Virus record (IMG/VR): IMGVR_UViG_3300037466_001622
Length of the DNA stretch: 64,000 nucleotides
Strand: one strand, 5' to 3'
From: an uncultured virus (IMG/VR IMGVR_UViG_3300037466_001622)
Lineage: Duplodnaviria; Heunggongvirae; Uroviricota; Caudoviricetes
Position 1 is the first letter of the stretch. Each line of letters starts with the position of its first letter. Made by a program: the position numbers and the translations under genes. Of this stretch, positions 44,117 to 54,863 are shown in pieces. The notes beneath the pieces were generated by a model. The model did no database searches and was not told the DNA's origin. It worked only from the letters and a program-made list of their open reading frames with translations.

Positions 44117-46470
44117 GACCAGTCACCCACGGCATCAGCTGAGTTTGGCCCGACACCCCAGATTTCGAAGAAGCTGTCGAAGTCCACTTCGCATGTACCG
44201 GTCGGTCCAGCCGAGAACGATATCTGCGGGATGATCGTTCCCGCGGCGTTTATGCGCATCTCACCCTCTATCAGGATGTCTGTACGCGTGGCCGTTGAAG
44301 CCGCACAGAGCGTTGTGGCTCCAGCGCCGCTTCCACTAACCATTTGCGGAGTGGATATAACGCCAAGTGCCGCCGATGTCGTTGAAGCACTATAGCCCAA
44401 TGCGGTAAACGTCGCAGTGCCACCCAGGCTAAACGCGGTCGAGTGTGACGTCGCCCCTGTGTTCAGCCCAATGCGCGCCCTGAAGCGATAAGTGGTGGCC
44501 GCCTTCAGCGTCAGCGTATCATTTGCCGCAGTGAAGATTGCCTGTTCCGTTGTGATGCTGTTCGTCAAGGCTGTCTTTGCGCTCTTGATAGACGCGATCT
44601 GCATATCCGGGACGATGCGGGGAACGCCGATGTTCGAGCGCAGGATGGCGGTTGGGCTCGGTGCCAGCGTCGTATTGATCGGCCCACTGGTATTGCCAGA
44701 CAGGTTGACGCTGGAAATCTCGAAATTGTCGCTCGTTCCAACAAGATTGATGCCATAGCCGGTGTTGCCGGTCAGACCATACCCGTCGCCGACCTTGCCG
44801 CCAATGATACGGTATTTATTGACTCCCGAGGCGAATTTCAGGCCATCGCCAGTGTTCTGGCAGACTGCCGGATTGATGAAAGAAACGTTGGTCACACCGC
44901 TATCGTTGACGAAAGCGCCGCCTCCGCCATTGAGGAAGATATGTGGATTGATGAAATCCATGCCGTCGATCGTGCCGCCCGCCGATGTCGCCAAGCGGAT
45001 ACCTTCGTTTGTGGACGAGGAGAACCAGCATTCATCGAAGATGCAGCGGGCGATAGCGCCACCAGCCGCGTTGCCATAGAGACCGCGCGTACTGTTGTCG
45101 AAGAAGGTGTTGTTGGCAAAAACAGAGGTGATTGTCTGCCCCACACCAGGGTTTAGATAAAGCGCCTGGCCGGCATGCAGGAGTTGGCAATCCTCAATGC
45201 TGACATCGCCGGCATTGTCGATGTAGATGCCGGCGAACGGCTGAGAGCCGCCCGCAGCATCGGTGCAAATATCCGCTAGCGTTATGTCAAGACCACCGTC
45301 TATGCGGATAGGTATTCCGGTGGCCGCTACCGTGTTGAATATCTTCCCCCCGCGGATGGTAGGAGACGACACGCCGTTAACTATAGCTATTCCCTGAAAG
45401 GGAGCTGCCATGTGAAAATTGCGCAGTTCAAATCGATGCGCTGCTGCCCCGACATTGACGAAGTTCCCACCCGATCTAGTAACGGAAGCGGCCATCTGGA
45501 TGTCGCGGATGGTAACAAAGGCGGCGGCCACGTCGAAGATGTTCGCCGTTGCCGATGTCGTGCGGATGATGGTCGCCTCACCCTCACCAGCAATCGTGCA
45601 GTTCGCGGCAAGCGGGATAACAGTACTGTCCACATCAAACTGGCCAGATAGCAATTCAATAAGAGCACCATTAGCGCCGGCCGCGTTAACTGCGTTGTTT
45701 ATGGCGGCCCTGTTAACGGCAGCGGAGGCAGAAGGGTCAGCGCCGAAGCGCGCTGCGCGAATGCGCTCCTTAAGGATGGTAAACAACGGGAACACGCCGC
45801 CTCCCGTTCCCGTCTGTGTGTATGAGAGATCGGTGGAGTCGATGGCGGTGATGGCGTCGTAGGCCGTGTTGCCAGCGTTGCGCTTTAGAAAGGTGCTTGC
45901 GACCGGAGTTGGCAGTGGACTAGTGGCACTGATAACAGGAATAGCCGGGTTGGTGTTGTCGATGGTGACATTGCTGCCGGCTACGATGCTGCTAACGCCT
46001 CCCGTAGCAACAGCATTAGCAACCGCAAAAGGCCCATCCCAAGCGGTGCCGTTCCATCGGTAGAAGGCGAACGCCACGCCTATCTCGGCATGCAAGAACA
46101 GAAAGCCCTTGTCGCCAACGGCAAGCGTAAGCGCGTCGCGCTCAGCAATGGTTCCCGATGCATCTGGCGTAATGCCGGCGAGCGACAGGTTCACGAGTAC
46201 GCGGCTAAGCTTGTCGTTCAGGTCGACAATATCCGCCGCCTCGCTGTTCTCGCGCGCGATCGCATAGACGGCGCCGGCTGCAGTCGTGCCCGGCCAGGCA
46301 TAAGCCAGCGTAAGCGAGGTGTCGCTGTCGACCGACAGGATAGGCACGGACACGCCAGCGCTCGAGAACATGCCGCCCGTAACGAGCGACACAGCCCAAG
46401 CGGTGCCGCTGCCCGTAACCACAGCATTGCCATTCGTCACGGAAACCGTGCCGGTGTTATAGATGGTCAT
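44113..46470 (-). CDS. Tail spike/receptor-binding protein with beta-helix (pectate lyase-like) domain
   Basis: N-terminal YNTGTVSVTNG..VTGSGTAW anchor; FGA.....NRAAINNA; Gly/Asn-rich beta repeats. Confidence 0.85.
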   Translation of the reverse strand: MTIYNTGTVSVTNGNAVVTGSGTAWAVSLVTGGMFSSAGVSVPILSVDSDTSLTLAYAWPGTTAAGAVYAIARENSEAADIVDLNDKLSRVLVNLSLAGITPDASGTIAERDALTLAVGDKGFLFLHAEIGVAFAFYRWNGTAWDGPFAVANAVATGGVSSIVAGSNVTIDNTNPAIPVISATSPLPTPVASTFLKRNAGNTAYDAITAIDSTDLSYTQTGTGGGVFPLFTILKERIRAARFGADPSASAAVNRAAINNAVNAAGANGALIELLSGQFDVDSTVIPLAANCTIAGEGEATIIRTTSATANIFDVAAAFVTIRDIQMAASVTRSGGNFVNVGAAAHRFELRNFHMAAPFQGIAIVNGVSSPTIRGGKIFNTVAATGIPIRIDGGLDITLADICTDAAGGSQPFAGIYIDNAGDVSIEDCQLLHAGQALYLNPGVGQTITSVFANNTFFDNSTRGLYGNAAGGAIARCIFDECWFSSSTNEGIRLATSAGGTIDGMDFINPHIFLNGGGGAFVNDSGVTNVSFINPAVCQNTGDGLKFASGVNKYRIIGGKVGDGYGLTGNTGYGINLVGTSDNFEISSVNLSGNTSGPINTTLAPSPTAILRSNIGVPRIVPDMQIASIKSAKTALTNSITTEQAIFTAANDTLTLKAATTYRFRARIGLNTGATSHSTAFSLGGTATFTALGYSASTTSAALGVISTPQMVSGSGAGATTLCAASTATRTDILIEGEMRINAAGTIIPQISFSAGPTGTCEVDFDSFFEIWGVGPNSADAVGDWS

Positions 46471-46515
46471 TTGGTATCCTTGGAAGGTGCGCTAAGCGTG
46501 GCGTATCGCGGGGCG

Positions 46516-46962
46516 CTAGTCCTCAACCGTGTTGCGGAAGACCCAATATCGCCAGTCAGCGGGTCGGGCCGGATTCTGAAAGTAGCTCGACTTGTTGACG
46601 TACAGTTCGAAGCCGGTTGTCGATGTTATGATCTGGTAAACCGGCTCGTTCGCAGCTATGCCGCTACTGTCTGACGCAAACGTGCCGACAATATTCGTTA
46701 TGTCGACACCGCCATCTGCAAACTGCCCTGCAGCCATAACAATGGGAGGCTTCGCGAATGCAGACGGAAACGTTACCGTCGCCCGCTTATAGTAGGTGTC
46801 CATATAGCCGGTGTAATTGGCTACTGTGACAATGCCCTTAAGCACCAACTGCATCGCCACAAAAGCCGGCGAGAAGTTCATTTTGTTGAGCGGTGCGGTG
46901 TCGACGTCGTAACCGGCTTTGGCAATCGCGATGCCTGTTTCGTCAATGCGAACTCTCGTCAT
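46516..46962 (-). CDS. Minor tail protein
   Basis: IAKAGYDV motif; in tail operon. Confidence 0.7.
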   Translation of the reverse strand: MTRVRIDETGIAIAKAGYDVDTAPLNKMNFSPAFVAMQLVLKGIVTVANYTGYMDTYYKRATVTFPSAFAKPPIVMAAGQFADGGVDITNIVGTFASDSSGIAANEPVYQIITSTTGFELYVNKSSYFQNPARPADWRYWVFRNTVED

Positions 46963-47423
46963 GTCAGGTCAGGACTTCTCATAAGGATCAGGTAGGCGCC
47001 CTGCGGAGATTTCTTGCTGTTGCCGGGTTTATAGAAGCGAACGTCTACCTGCGTGGAACTGATAATCTGATGACTCACCGTGAAATTATTGATGCTGAAT
47101 CCGCTGCCACTGCTTCCTGAGCCGAGGCCCTTTTGCGCCGGGAACGAAATAAGACTGTCTGAATCGACAACCTCAAGTATGATGACAGGAGTGCTTGTCA
47201 CATCAGGAACGGTAACGTGGACTGTCTGGTCCTGTATGCTGGTGCCCGTGTAGCCAGCAAAAGGACAGGTAACGAATGCCGAGTAATATGGCTGCGAATA
47301 GAGCGCGCTTTCGTGCAACAGGAAGTCGAGCGTTGTGGCTGCATCAACATCTACGCCAGGCTTAGAAATGCGTATTTTCTCGACGCCGGTTGCGAATTGG
47401 ATGATGCCCCGTTTGGTTGTCAT
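46959..47423 (-). CDS. Minor tail protein
   Basis: RISKPGVDV motif. Confidence 0.7.
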   Translation of the reverse strand: MTTKRGIIQFATGVEKIRISKPGVDVDAATTLDFLLHESALYSQPYYSAFVTCPFAGYTGTSIQDQTVHVTVPDVTSTPVIILEVVDSDSLISFPAQKGLGSGSSGSGFSINNFTVSHQIISSTQVDVRFYKPGNSKKSPQGAYLILMRSPDLT

Positions 47424-47848
47424 GCTCCATCCCGCGCGTCAATTGCCAAAGCCGTCCAATGCATCACTATGTATCCACCAAAGAGCGAATCGATTGGCGA
47501 GAATTGCGTGTACAGGCCGTCTAGCGCCGACTTCACAAAACGCGGATAACTGCTCTCAGTGGTGGTAAGCGCGGGCCGGCGCCAAACCTCATTGTACTGC
47601 CAATGGATTATGCACAGAGGCACAAATCCGTAATCCCATGTGCTGACCTTAGTAAGTCCGGAGTTGGTGAAGTTCGACCAGGTGTAGGAACCTGTTTCAA
47701 GGATCGCCACCGTCGCGATATTGTTGCTGTCAAAAATAACCTTGTTGGGCGGCACGCTCTCGTCTGTGGCGTCATAGCCGTCCTTGACAAAGCGGAGGCG
47801 CTTGGCGCCCCCGCTCGTCTTCAGGTAGCCCTTGTTCATTCCGACCAT
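47420..47848 (-). CDS. Minor tail protein
   Basis: RFVKDGYDA...IFDS motif. Confidence 0.7.
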   Translation of the reverse strand: MVGMNKGYLKTSGGAKRLRFVKDGYDATDESVPPNKVIFDSNNIATVAILETGSYTWSNFTNSGLTKVSTWDYGFVPLCIIHWQYNEVWRRPALTTTESSYPRFVKSALDGLYTQFSPIDSLFGGYIVMHWTALAIDARDGA

Positions 47849-47871
47849 TGTGGCTCCAAGTTCTGTCGTCC

Positions 47872-50589
47872 TTACGGATCAAACCACTCGATTTTGCCGT
47901 CCGACAACGTGATCTGGAAAAGGTTGTCTGGCGACTTCAGCAAGCCAGCAATCACGGTGCCGATGTTAGCGACAAGCAACTTCATTTCGCCGCCTTCGAA
48001 CGTAAGCGGTGTGCCTGTGTTCGTGCCGTCCGTGATCGTAAACTTGTCCGTGGTGATGACGAAGTTTGAGAAAGGCGCGGCAGGATTGCCGCCCAAGAAT
48101 CCAGCCTCAATCACCCAACCGGCAGACACCCACGCATCGCTCACCGTGGCGCGAACCTCGGCAACCATGCGCGACACCACATCGCCCGTTCCGGCCTCTG
48201 CGCGAAGCTGGAACAGACCGCTGGCCGACACATTGTCGACGGACGCCTGAACGGCTGTAACCGCGCTAGCAAGCGCAGTGACGTTACCGTCTACCTCCGT
48301 AATGCTTGCCTCAAGCGAAGTCAGCGCGGCAGCGTTAGCGCGATTGGTGCGCACCGCCACTGCGTTATCCTGCACCTGACGGCCTGCTGCGTCGACCGCA
48401 GACGCCGCCACTTGAGCGACCTTATCGCGGATCTCCTGCAGGCTAGCCGACACGCTCGTCAGGAATTGAATAACATCCTGCTGCTGTTGTGCCAGGCCGA
48501 CCGACACGTCTGAATTTTCGGCAAGCGTGTTGATCGCCGTCCAGTTCGTAAAGAATGTCGTCCGCGGCGGCGAAGTGATGATGCGATGCCGATAGAGGAA
48601 CTGCTTGTTAGGCAGCACACCTTCCGAGACGGTAAGCACCTGAATCGGCATCTCTGCGCGCTTCACGATGCTGTCCACATAACCGTTGTGCACGCCGTCC
48701 TGCGTACCGCTCGTCGCTATTTCGACGCCGCCAGGCGTCAACGACGCAGTGAACTGCGCTGAGTTGAGCACCGTCTTGACGTAAAGCGGGCTATTGGCCG
48801 TCAAGCCAGTAGGCAGATTGCCGCTCGTGTCGAGATAGAAGATGTCGCCGGCCGACAGGCTGTGTGAAGGCCATGTGATGACGGCAGGATCCGCAATCGA
48901 TACAGTCACGGCAACGGCATGCGGCCGATACTCGACGTCGACAGCGGTAACCGTCACGTCATCGAACGCATCCCACGAAAAGCGTATTGCCGACTTCTGC
49001 GTCGTCGTATTTGGCGCCTGCAGCAGAACCGGAATAGCCCTGAAGTTTGCGGCCGCCGCCGCATAGTCCGGAGTTCCTGGCGTGTCGGCCTCGACCGGAA
49101 CGGTAACGTAGGCCGTGCTGTCAAATATGCTCTCGCTAACCTCCTGAAGCGTCAGGTAGATGTTGCGCGTGGCCTTGTCGCCAAATGGACCAAGTCGCTT
49201 TTCCGTAATCTGGAACGTGCGCGTGCCGAATGACGCAGAATCCCACTCCACCCATCGGCCAACCTGCGCGTCAGCGAGGAACCGCGGATGAATGCAAATC
49301 TCGCCGTTGGCCTGGTAGCGGCTTGCCTTGAACTGTATGTCAGCCAGGCGGTCGGCAACCACCGACCTATTGACTGCATCAAGCGGTATCGAGACCGCAA
49401 GTCGCTCACCGTCCTCGGCAAGTGCAACGGCATCCACGCGTACGGCGAACGGCGTCTGCTCATAGAAGTTGGTCGGCTCGAAATACGTGCCGGATAGCGT
49501 GTTGATCAGTTCCGACTTGGTGCGCTTGACCGAGAACCTGAAAGACTCATCGACCATGATGTCATCGTCGGTAAATGTGAACGCGATAGACTGCGCTGCG
49601 CCGACGATCGGATATTCTCCGCTAGCATCCTCAACCCACGTCGAGGCGCATGCCTCAAGCAAAGGCTGCATGTTCTGGTCGTGCGTAACGCCAGAACCGG
49701 CAGCAGGTATAAGGCCGGCCGTGTAGCGCTTGGCGAGCGGGTCGCCAACGAGCTCGTCGCATATGTTGGCGGCAACGGTCCATTCGGCAATGGGCAGGCG
49801 GGACGCAGTGACTCCCTTGCCAACCATCATTTCGGTGCCGTTGAATATGCCACGCTCGAGCGCGTAGGCCATCAGGATCGGATTTTCGCTGAACTCCCAC
49901 GTAGACTGGTCGTTCCAGCGATGGCTGCCTGACCCGCCGATGGAGCTATCCTTGCGCCAGTCGTAGAGCGGAGCGCCCTCAACCTCAAAGAAGGCTTCCC
50001 ACGGCTGCTGCAAGTGCTCTCGATCAAGAACCTGAGACACCACCGCGTAAGCGATGCCGGCGCCGCGGTGGTCGGTCGTCCAGCGCCCAGACGGGTTTGC
50101 CTGCGCGATTAGACCGGCGTCCGCGGTCTGCGTCATGGTGCCGATATAGACCTTGACCCAAATCTTGGAGTCGATGTCTAGGATTCTGCGCCCCATGGTT
50201 GGGTCTTCAACGGGGTCAAGGTTGTGCCATTCGCCCTTGTAGCGAACGCGCGTCACGCCATTGATGCGGAAATTGGAAAGGATGTAGACGTCTTGAATCT
50301 TGCGGTTGCCGGAGCTGTAGGCGTTTCGGTAGACCAGATGGCCAGCCGTCCCCACCTTGCCCATGATAACGGAGCGCGCCAGGTCCTCGCCGTAAGCCGT
50401 TTCAAGCTGCGAGGTTTGTGCCTGCTGCTTCGGCTGCGGAATAAGACTGCCGATAAGATACTTTGCCGCAAGGCCAAGGCCAAAGCGCGCAAGGCCGGCA
50501 AGAATGGTCGACCCGCCGAGCCACGACGCAACGCCGCCCAACCCGACCGCGCCAAGCACGGACGTGAAGATCGGGACTAGAAATCCCAT
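47872..50589 (-). CDS. Tail tip/central fibre (host specificity J-like)
   Basis: LYDWRKDS..GGSG.HRW.DQSTW..SENP; C-terminal coiled coil and DUF1983-like end. Confidence 0.85.
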   Translation of the reverse strand: MGFLVPIFTSVLGAVGLGGVASWLGGSTILAGLARFGLGLAAKYLIGSLIPQPKQQAQTSQLETAYGEDLARSVIMGKVGTAGHLVYRNAYSSGNRKIQDVYILSNFRINGVTRVRYKGEWHNLDPVEDPTMGRRILDIDSKIWVKVYIGTMTQTADAGLIAQANPSGRWTTDHRGAGIAYAVVSQVLDREHLQQPWEAFFEVEGAPLYDWRKDSSIGGSGSHRWNDQSTWEFSENPILMAYALERGIFNGTEMMVGKGVTASRLPIAEWTVAANICDELVGDPLAKRYTAGLIPAAGSGVTHDQNMQPLLEACASTWVEDASGEYPIVGAAQSIAFTFTDDDIMVDESFRFSVKRTKSELINTLSGTYFEPTNFYEQTPFAVRVDAVALAEDGERLAVSIPLDAVNRSVVADRLADIQFKASRYQANGEICIHPRFLADAQVGRWVEWDSASFGTRTFQITEKRLGPFGDKATRNIYLTLQEVSESIFDSTAYVTVPVEADTPGTPDYAAAAANFRAIPVLLQAPNTTTQKSAIRFSWDAFDDVTVTAVDVEYRPHAVAVTVSIADPAVITWPSHSLSAGDIFYLDTSGNLPTGLTANSPLYVKTVLNSAQFTASLTPGGVEIATSGTQDGVHNGYVDSIVKRAEMPIQVLTVSEGVLPNKQFLYRHRIITSPPRTTFFTNWTAINTLAENSDVSVGLAQQQQDVIQFLTSVSASLQEIRDKVAQVAASAVDAAGRQVQDNAVAVRTNRANAAALTSLEASITEVDGNVTALASAVTAVQASVDNVSASGLFQLRAEAGTGDVVSRMVAEVRATVSDAWVSAGWVIEAGFLGGNPAAPFSNFVITTDKFTITDGTNTGTPLTFEGGEMKLLVANIGTVIAGLLKSPDNLFQITLSDGKIEWFDP

Positions 50590-50606
50590 ATGCTATCCAA
50601 TCACTG

Positions 50607-51026
50607 CTAGCCGACCTTAAAGGCCGCCTTGATCTCGGTTTGGGGCACGAACGACAGGCCGCGCTCATCCTTCACAGCAAAGCCTCGGTCACAGACAAAG
50701 CCGCACGAAAGCACGCCCTCGCGCTCCACGACGCCAACGTCGCCGCGCTGCGCCATAAGCGGCGCAATGGGCGGGAACAGGCTTGCAAGAGCCGCCTCGA
50801 CGTCAGCCAGTCCGCGCTTCAGCAGGATCTTCGTAGCGCCTGCCGGCGTGCTGTACTTGCCGCCACGGATATCCTCCGCGGGGTCGAAGCCGGTAACGGC
50901 AACAACTGCATCCATCACGGTAAGCAGGCAGTCGGAAACTCCCCACTCGCCTGGCGTCTTTCTGTGCTCATTGACCACGCGCGCAAGGCGCCGGTCCCAA
51001 TCGGGCAACCGGTTCAGGGTAAGCAT
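50607..51026 (-). CDS. Tail assembly protein, NlpC/P60-like (DUF6950-like)
   Basis: WGVSDC...AVTGFD...AQRGDVG. Confidence 0.75.
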   Translation of the reverse strand: MLTLNRLPDWDRRLARVVNEHRKTPGEWGVSDCLLTVMDAVVAVTGFDPAEDIRGGKYSTPAGATKILLKRGLADVEAALASLFPPIAPLMAQRGDVGVVEREGVLSCGFVCDRGFAVKDERGLSFVPQTEIKAAFKVG

Positions 51027-51055
51027 GCATTGTCCTTGGTTGCTTGGCTGAGCCG

Positions 51056-51622
51056 CTAGTCGAACGTGATGTCGAAGCTCTCATGCTTCACCTTGCTGGC
51101 GTACTGGAAAAACTTGTCGTCGGCAGACACCAACTGCTGATCCTCGTAGCTTGCCGTGCGGTAGCCGTCGCGGTGGTTTGCGATCGCTCCTGAGCGCACG
51201 TTGGCAATCAACTTCGACTCGCCACCGTCGCGCGAATGGTCGACCGTATCGATGTAGCCGTAAGCGCCCGGCTCGGCATGCAGGAACGAGCGGTCGTCTG
51301 GGTCAAAGTAGAAGTCATAGACCGTGACCGGCGCGTCCTTGTAGCCCTCGCTTTCAATCAGCAAGAGTTTGTCAGGCGTCAGGCCGGAGTCGCGCTGCGC
51401 GACGAGCTCCGCCGTAAAGGTCGACGCCGCCGTGCCTAGACCATAAACAGGCTCCGACACGGTAATCAGCGCGTTCGGCCAATATGTCAGGCCATCAACA
51501 ACGATATCGCCTTTGCCGTTCCAGAAGCCATAGGTGCCCGTCGTGCAGACGATCTTGATGCCGGAGCGGATAATTGCCCGCCCCTCATCAAGCACCTCTT
51601 GCAGGCGCGTTGGGAAACTCAC
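51056..51622 (-). CDS. Tail hub/minor tail protein
   Basis: YGFWNG...GYID...DQQ...DDKFF; synteny. Confidence 0.7.
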   Translation of the reverse strand: MSFPTRLQEVLDEGRAIIRSGIKIVCTTGTYGFWNGKGDIVVDGLTYWPNALITVSEPVYGLGTAASTFTAELVAQRDSGLTPDKLLLIESEGYKDAPVTVYDFYFDPDDRSFLHAEPGAYGYIDTVDHSRDGGESKLIANVRSGAIANHRDGYRTASYEDQQLVSADDKFFQYASKVKHESFDITFD

Positions 51623-52227
51623 TTAGGTATCTCCACAAGCGTGAAAGACGCAGTCGGAAACAGCCCGTCATCGATCGAGAATGACCCCGGAAGCACACGC
51701 ATGTTGGCGACCGGATTCTTAAACGCGATGACGGCGCCCGCGGTGATGTATGCAGGCACAGTCGGCTCGACCGTGATGGTGATGCTGTTGCTTGCCGCAA
51801 CGCCACCCGTCTGCACGCGAAACAGCGCATTATAGCCGCCAGTCGTCGCCGAAATCAGGTCGCCAGGTCCAAGCGTCAAGCCGTTGTCGACGCTGTTAAT
51901 CACCAGCGAGTTGCCGGTGATCGAGACGAGATTGCCGGCATTGGCGAGCGCCGCGTTGCTCGCGTCGCCCCAATAGGCTTTGGGCACGCACATATGTTGC
52001 GGCGTATAGGCGACGGTTGTTAGACCGCCGCGGGCAGCGTCACGAAATGCCTCAACAAGCAACCGCTGCGCCGCGCTGAGCGGAACCGTCTTCATCTGGA
52101 TTGACCAGTATGCGTCGGCATACTCAACGAACGACATCGCGCGCGTGCCGCTACGCGATACCGAGACCGACTCCACCAGTTGCGGATAGGACGCCTGAAA
52201 GGGGACGGCTGGAAGGTTTATAGCCAC
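51619..52227 (-). CDS. Distal tail protein
   Basis: Directly after the tape measure gene; synteny. Confidence 0.7.
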   Translation of the reverse strand: MAINLPAVPFQASYPQLVESVSVSRSGTRAMSFVEYADAYWSIQMKTVPLSAAQRLLVEAFRDAARGGLTTVAYTPQHMCVPKAYWGDASNAALANAGNLVSITGNSLVINSVDNGLTLGPGDLISATTGGYNALFRVQTGGVAASNSITITVEPTVPAYITAGAVIAFKNPVANMRVLPGSFSIDDGLFPTASFTLVEIPK

Positions 52228-54578
52228 TACACCATCCCCCTAGTCTTAGCTTCCTTGATCGCTTTGACGACCTTCGGCGTAAACTCGCGATCGAACTTCT
52301 TGAGCGCGGCAGTCACCTGCTCGCCCGCGTCGTTGCCGCCGCCCTGTACCGATATAACCGGCGCGAAGGTCACACTCGTATCACCACCACGCGCAGGAGC
52401 ATTAATCGACGGCATCTGCGGCGCGCTAATAGCCCTGCCGCGGCGCAGTGCCTCGACGGCAGCCACGCCGCCGTTGCGCGCGATATCGTCCTGGCTGAAA
52501 ACCACCTCGCCCTTGTGCACCAGGCCAGCGACGTCCTTCTTGCCGCCAGGACCGGTATAGCCGCCCGTGTCCCATAAGCCGACACCGCCCCAAGTGCCGC
52601 CACCGCTAGGCGCGGCGGGAAAGGCACCCGAAGAGCCGCTTCCAGTCAGGAAGCTAAGAATGCTGCCAAGACCACCGCCGCCACTCGCCGAGTTGGCCTG
52701 CATGATGCTGTCGATAAGATCGTTCTCTATTTTGTCGATGATCTTATCGAGCGCATTGAGCGCGATCTTCTGGAAGTCCTGCCAGTCAAGCTTGCCGTCG
52801 TCTAGCGCTGAGCGCAGGTCGTCAAATGCACCCTTCAGCAAGTCTTGCTGAAGCTGCTGCATCTCCTGCGCCTTCTTGAGCGCATCGGCTTGCCGCGCGT
52901 ACGCTTCTGACACTGCGTCAATCTGCGCGATCTGCTGCGGCGACAACTGCGCATTCTGCCAGTCCGCGTCGCCCTTCTTTCGGGCTTCCTCGCGGACTTG
53001 CTTCAACGCCTGCTGCTCGAGGTCGAGAGCCGTCTTGCGCTTGGTTTGCTCCTCGTAGGAAAGCCCAAGCGCCGCCATTTCTTCATTCAGGGCCGCAGTG
53101 CGGTCCTTGATGGCCTGCAGGTCGTTTGAGAACTGGTCATCGGCGGTGATTTTCGGTGCATGGAATCTATGTTTCCGCGCATATGCTGCAGCCGCCTTAT
53201 CGCTAGATGCGCCAAGGTCTTCCTTATTCGGGAAGGACGGTATTGGTATTTCTACGCCGTCCGGAACTCGTTGCGGGCTTTCGTGCCTTCCATTTGGAGA
53301 TCCGCCACTGTTAGCATAAACAGAATTAACCGCATCGCTGGCGTTTCTGGCAGCGATAATAATCTTTCCGATCGATGCGATTATTGACGAGAAGTCAGGA
53401 TTTGCCTGCTCAAGTCTGGCTAGAGCTTGGTTGATTTCATCAAGACTTTCCGTGCCATCTTTTGCCTTGGCGAAAAGGTCTTCCAATTCTTTTTGAAGTG
53501 GCTTTGACGAAATGCCGTCAACCATCTGCTGAAACTGTGCGACAGTATCGACAACTCCGGACACCGCCTGAGTCACAACAGGAAGCGACGCAGCCGTGTC
53601 TGCTGCCGCAGCAGTCAATCCAAGAAGAACATCTCGAGTGCCGTCAAGATTTTTGGGGTCTGCTTTTGCGAGGTTTGTCACCTCGTCACGAAACGCCTTA
53701 ACATCAGGAGTTCCGTTCCTCGCCCCTTCGGCAAGCTTCTCAATTGCAGTCCTAAATGGCTCAAATGTAGAAATTAGGGATTTTGAAAGCGGTCCCTGAT
53801 TGCCGCCGCCTGCACCGATCGTCTTATAAAGGTCATCAAGCACACCCTTAAGTTGGGCGCCCAGCGCGGCCTTTATGTCTTTTACAGATTTTTCATTGAG
53901 GGCATTTACGGTGTTTGCCGTATCGGAGGCGTATTTATGCTGCTTTCCGGCAACCTCGTCGTAGGCGTCACCGAGCCTCTTGATGTTGGCTTCGTGCGTC
54001 TTGAGTATCTCGTCAAGTGACTTTATGTTATTGCCACCGAGAGTCTCGTAAGCAATGAACGCAGCTGCGGCAACACCAACGGCAATTGCAACCTCGGGAA
54101 AGGCCGCAATCATGGCTAGCGCCTTGGTTTTTATCTCTCCGAACGCCGCGGTGATACCGCCTGGCTGCGAGGCGACAAAACTTAAGTGCGAAAGCTGACC
54201 GGTTAGCGCTTGAGTTGGCGATATGCCAAGAGCAAGCTGCTCGCCCACCGAACGCACAGAATGCAGCATCGCCTGCATGGAGGCGCTTGTTCCGGACGCT
54301 GCGTGGCTTGTCTTATCTAGTCCATTTGCGGCGTCGGCAAGCGCACCCTTCCACTCCTTTAGCGGCTTAGCACCAGTGCTTGCGATGCCCATCATGTCAT
54401 TGATGCGCTTCTGAATAGGCGTCAACGACTGATCGATACCCTTGCCAAGTCCGTCAAACTGCTTCTGGATCCCAGAGGTGGTCTGACCTATGTCCTGACC
54501 GAGTTGCTTAAGCTGTCTTTTGATGGTAGTAAGGTCGGTGCTTACCGAGATAAGAAGGTCGTCGGTTCTATCGGCCAT
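52227..54578 (-). CDS. Tail tape measure protein
   Basis: Long helical protein; C-terminal GGYTGPGGK..AGLVHKGEVVFSQ. Confidence 0.9.
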   Translation of the reverse strand: MADRTDDLLISVSTDLTTIKRQLKQLGQDIGQTTSGIQKQFDGLGKGIDQSLTPIQKRINDMMGIASTGAKPLKEWKGALADAANGLDKTSHAASGTSASMQAMLHSVRSVGEQLALGISPTQALTGQLSHLSFVASQPGGITAAFGEIKTKALAMIAAFPEVAIAVGVAAAAFIAYETLGGNNIKSLDEILKTHEANIKRLGDAYDEVAGKQHKYASDTANTVNALNEKSVKDIKAALGAQLKGVLDDLYKTIGAGGGNQGPLSKSLISTFEPFRTAIEKLAEGARNGTPDVKAFRDEVTNLAKADPKNLDGTRDVLLGLTAAAADTAASLPVVTQAVSGVVDTVAQFQQMVDGISSKPLQKELEDLFAKAKDGTESLDEINQALARLEQANPDFSSIIASIGKIIIAARNASDAVNSVYANSGGSPNGRHESPQRVPDGVEIPIPSFPNKEDLGASSDKAAAAYARKHRFHAPKITADDQFSNDLQAIKDRTAALNEEMAALGLSYEEQTKRKTALDLEQQALKQVREEARKKGDADWQNAQLSPQQIAQIDAVSEAYARQADALKKAQEMQQLQQDLLKGAFDDLRSALDDGKLDWQDFQKIALNALDKIIDKIENDLIDSIMQANSASGGGGLGSILSFLTGSGSSGAFPAAPSGGGTWGGVGLWDTGGYTGPGGKKDVAGLVHKGEVVFSQDDIARNGGVAAVEALRRGRAISAPQMPSINAPARGGDTSVTFAPVISVQGGGNDAGEQVTAALKKFDREFTPKVVKAIKEAKTRGMV

Positions 54579-54608
54579 ATTGAACCTTCTTACTGAAAGG
54601 GGAATAAA

Positions 54609-54863
54609 ATGAAGTGGCAGATTGGTGCTATATGCCTAACTGCGATTGCGGTAGGCGCTATCTACGCCGGGGCCAATGAACCTCCGGCAATTCATTACGA
54701 CGCAGCCGCTTGCGAAAATAGACTAAACGACTTGCGTCTTTTTAAACTTGGAATCGAACCTCGTGGCGCGCCATTTAGCGCTGCCGGTACGGCTCAATAT
54801 GTAGAAAGATGCGCATCATTGGATCGGCAGTTTGCAGCGGATGCTGCTGCAATCATCAACTAA
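54609..54863 (+). CDS. Small exported protein (moron)
   Basis: Signal-like N-terminus, two Cys, antisense within the tail operon. Confidence 0.65.
   Translation: MKWQIGAICLTAIAVGAIYAGANEPPAIHYDAAACENRLNDLRLFKLGIEPRGAPFSAAGTAQYVERCASLDRQFAADAAAIIN

Noticed and set aside
44113..50589. Diversity-generating retroelement or invertible tail-fibre switch
   Set aside because: No reverse transcriptase, invertase or template/variable repeat pair seen
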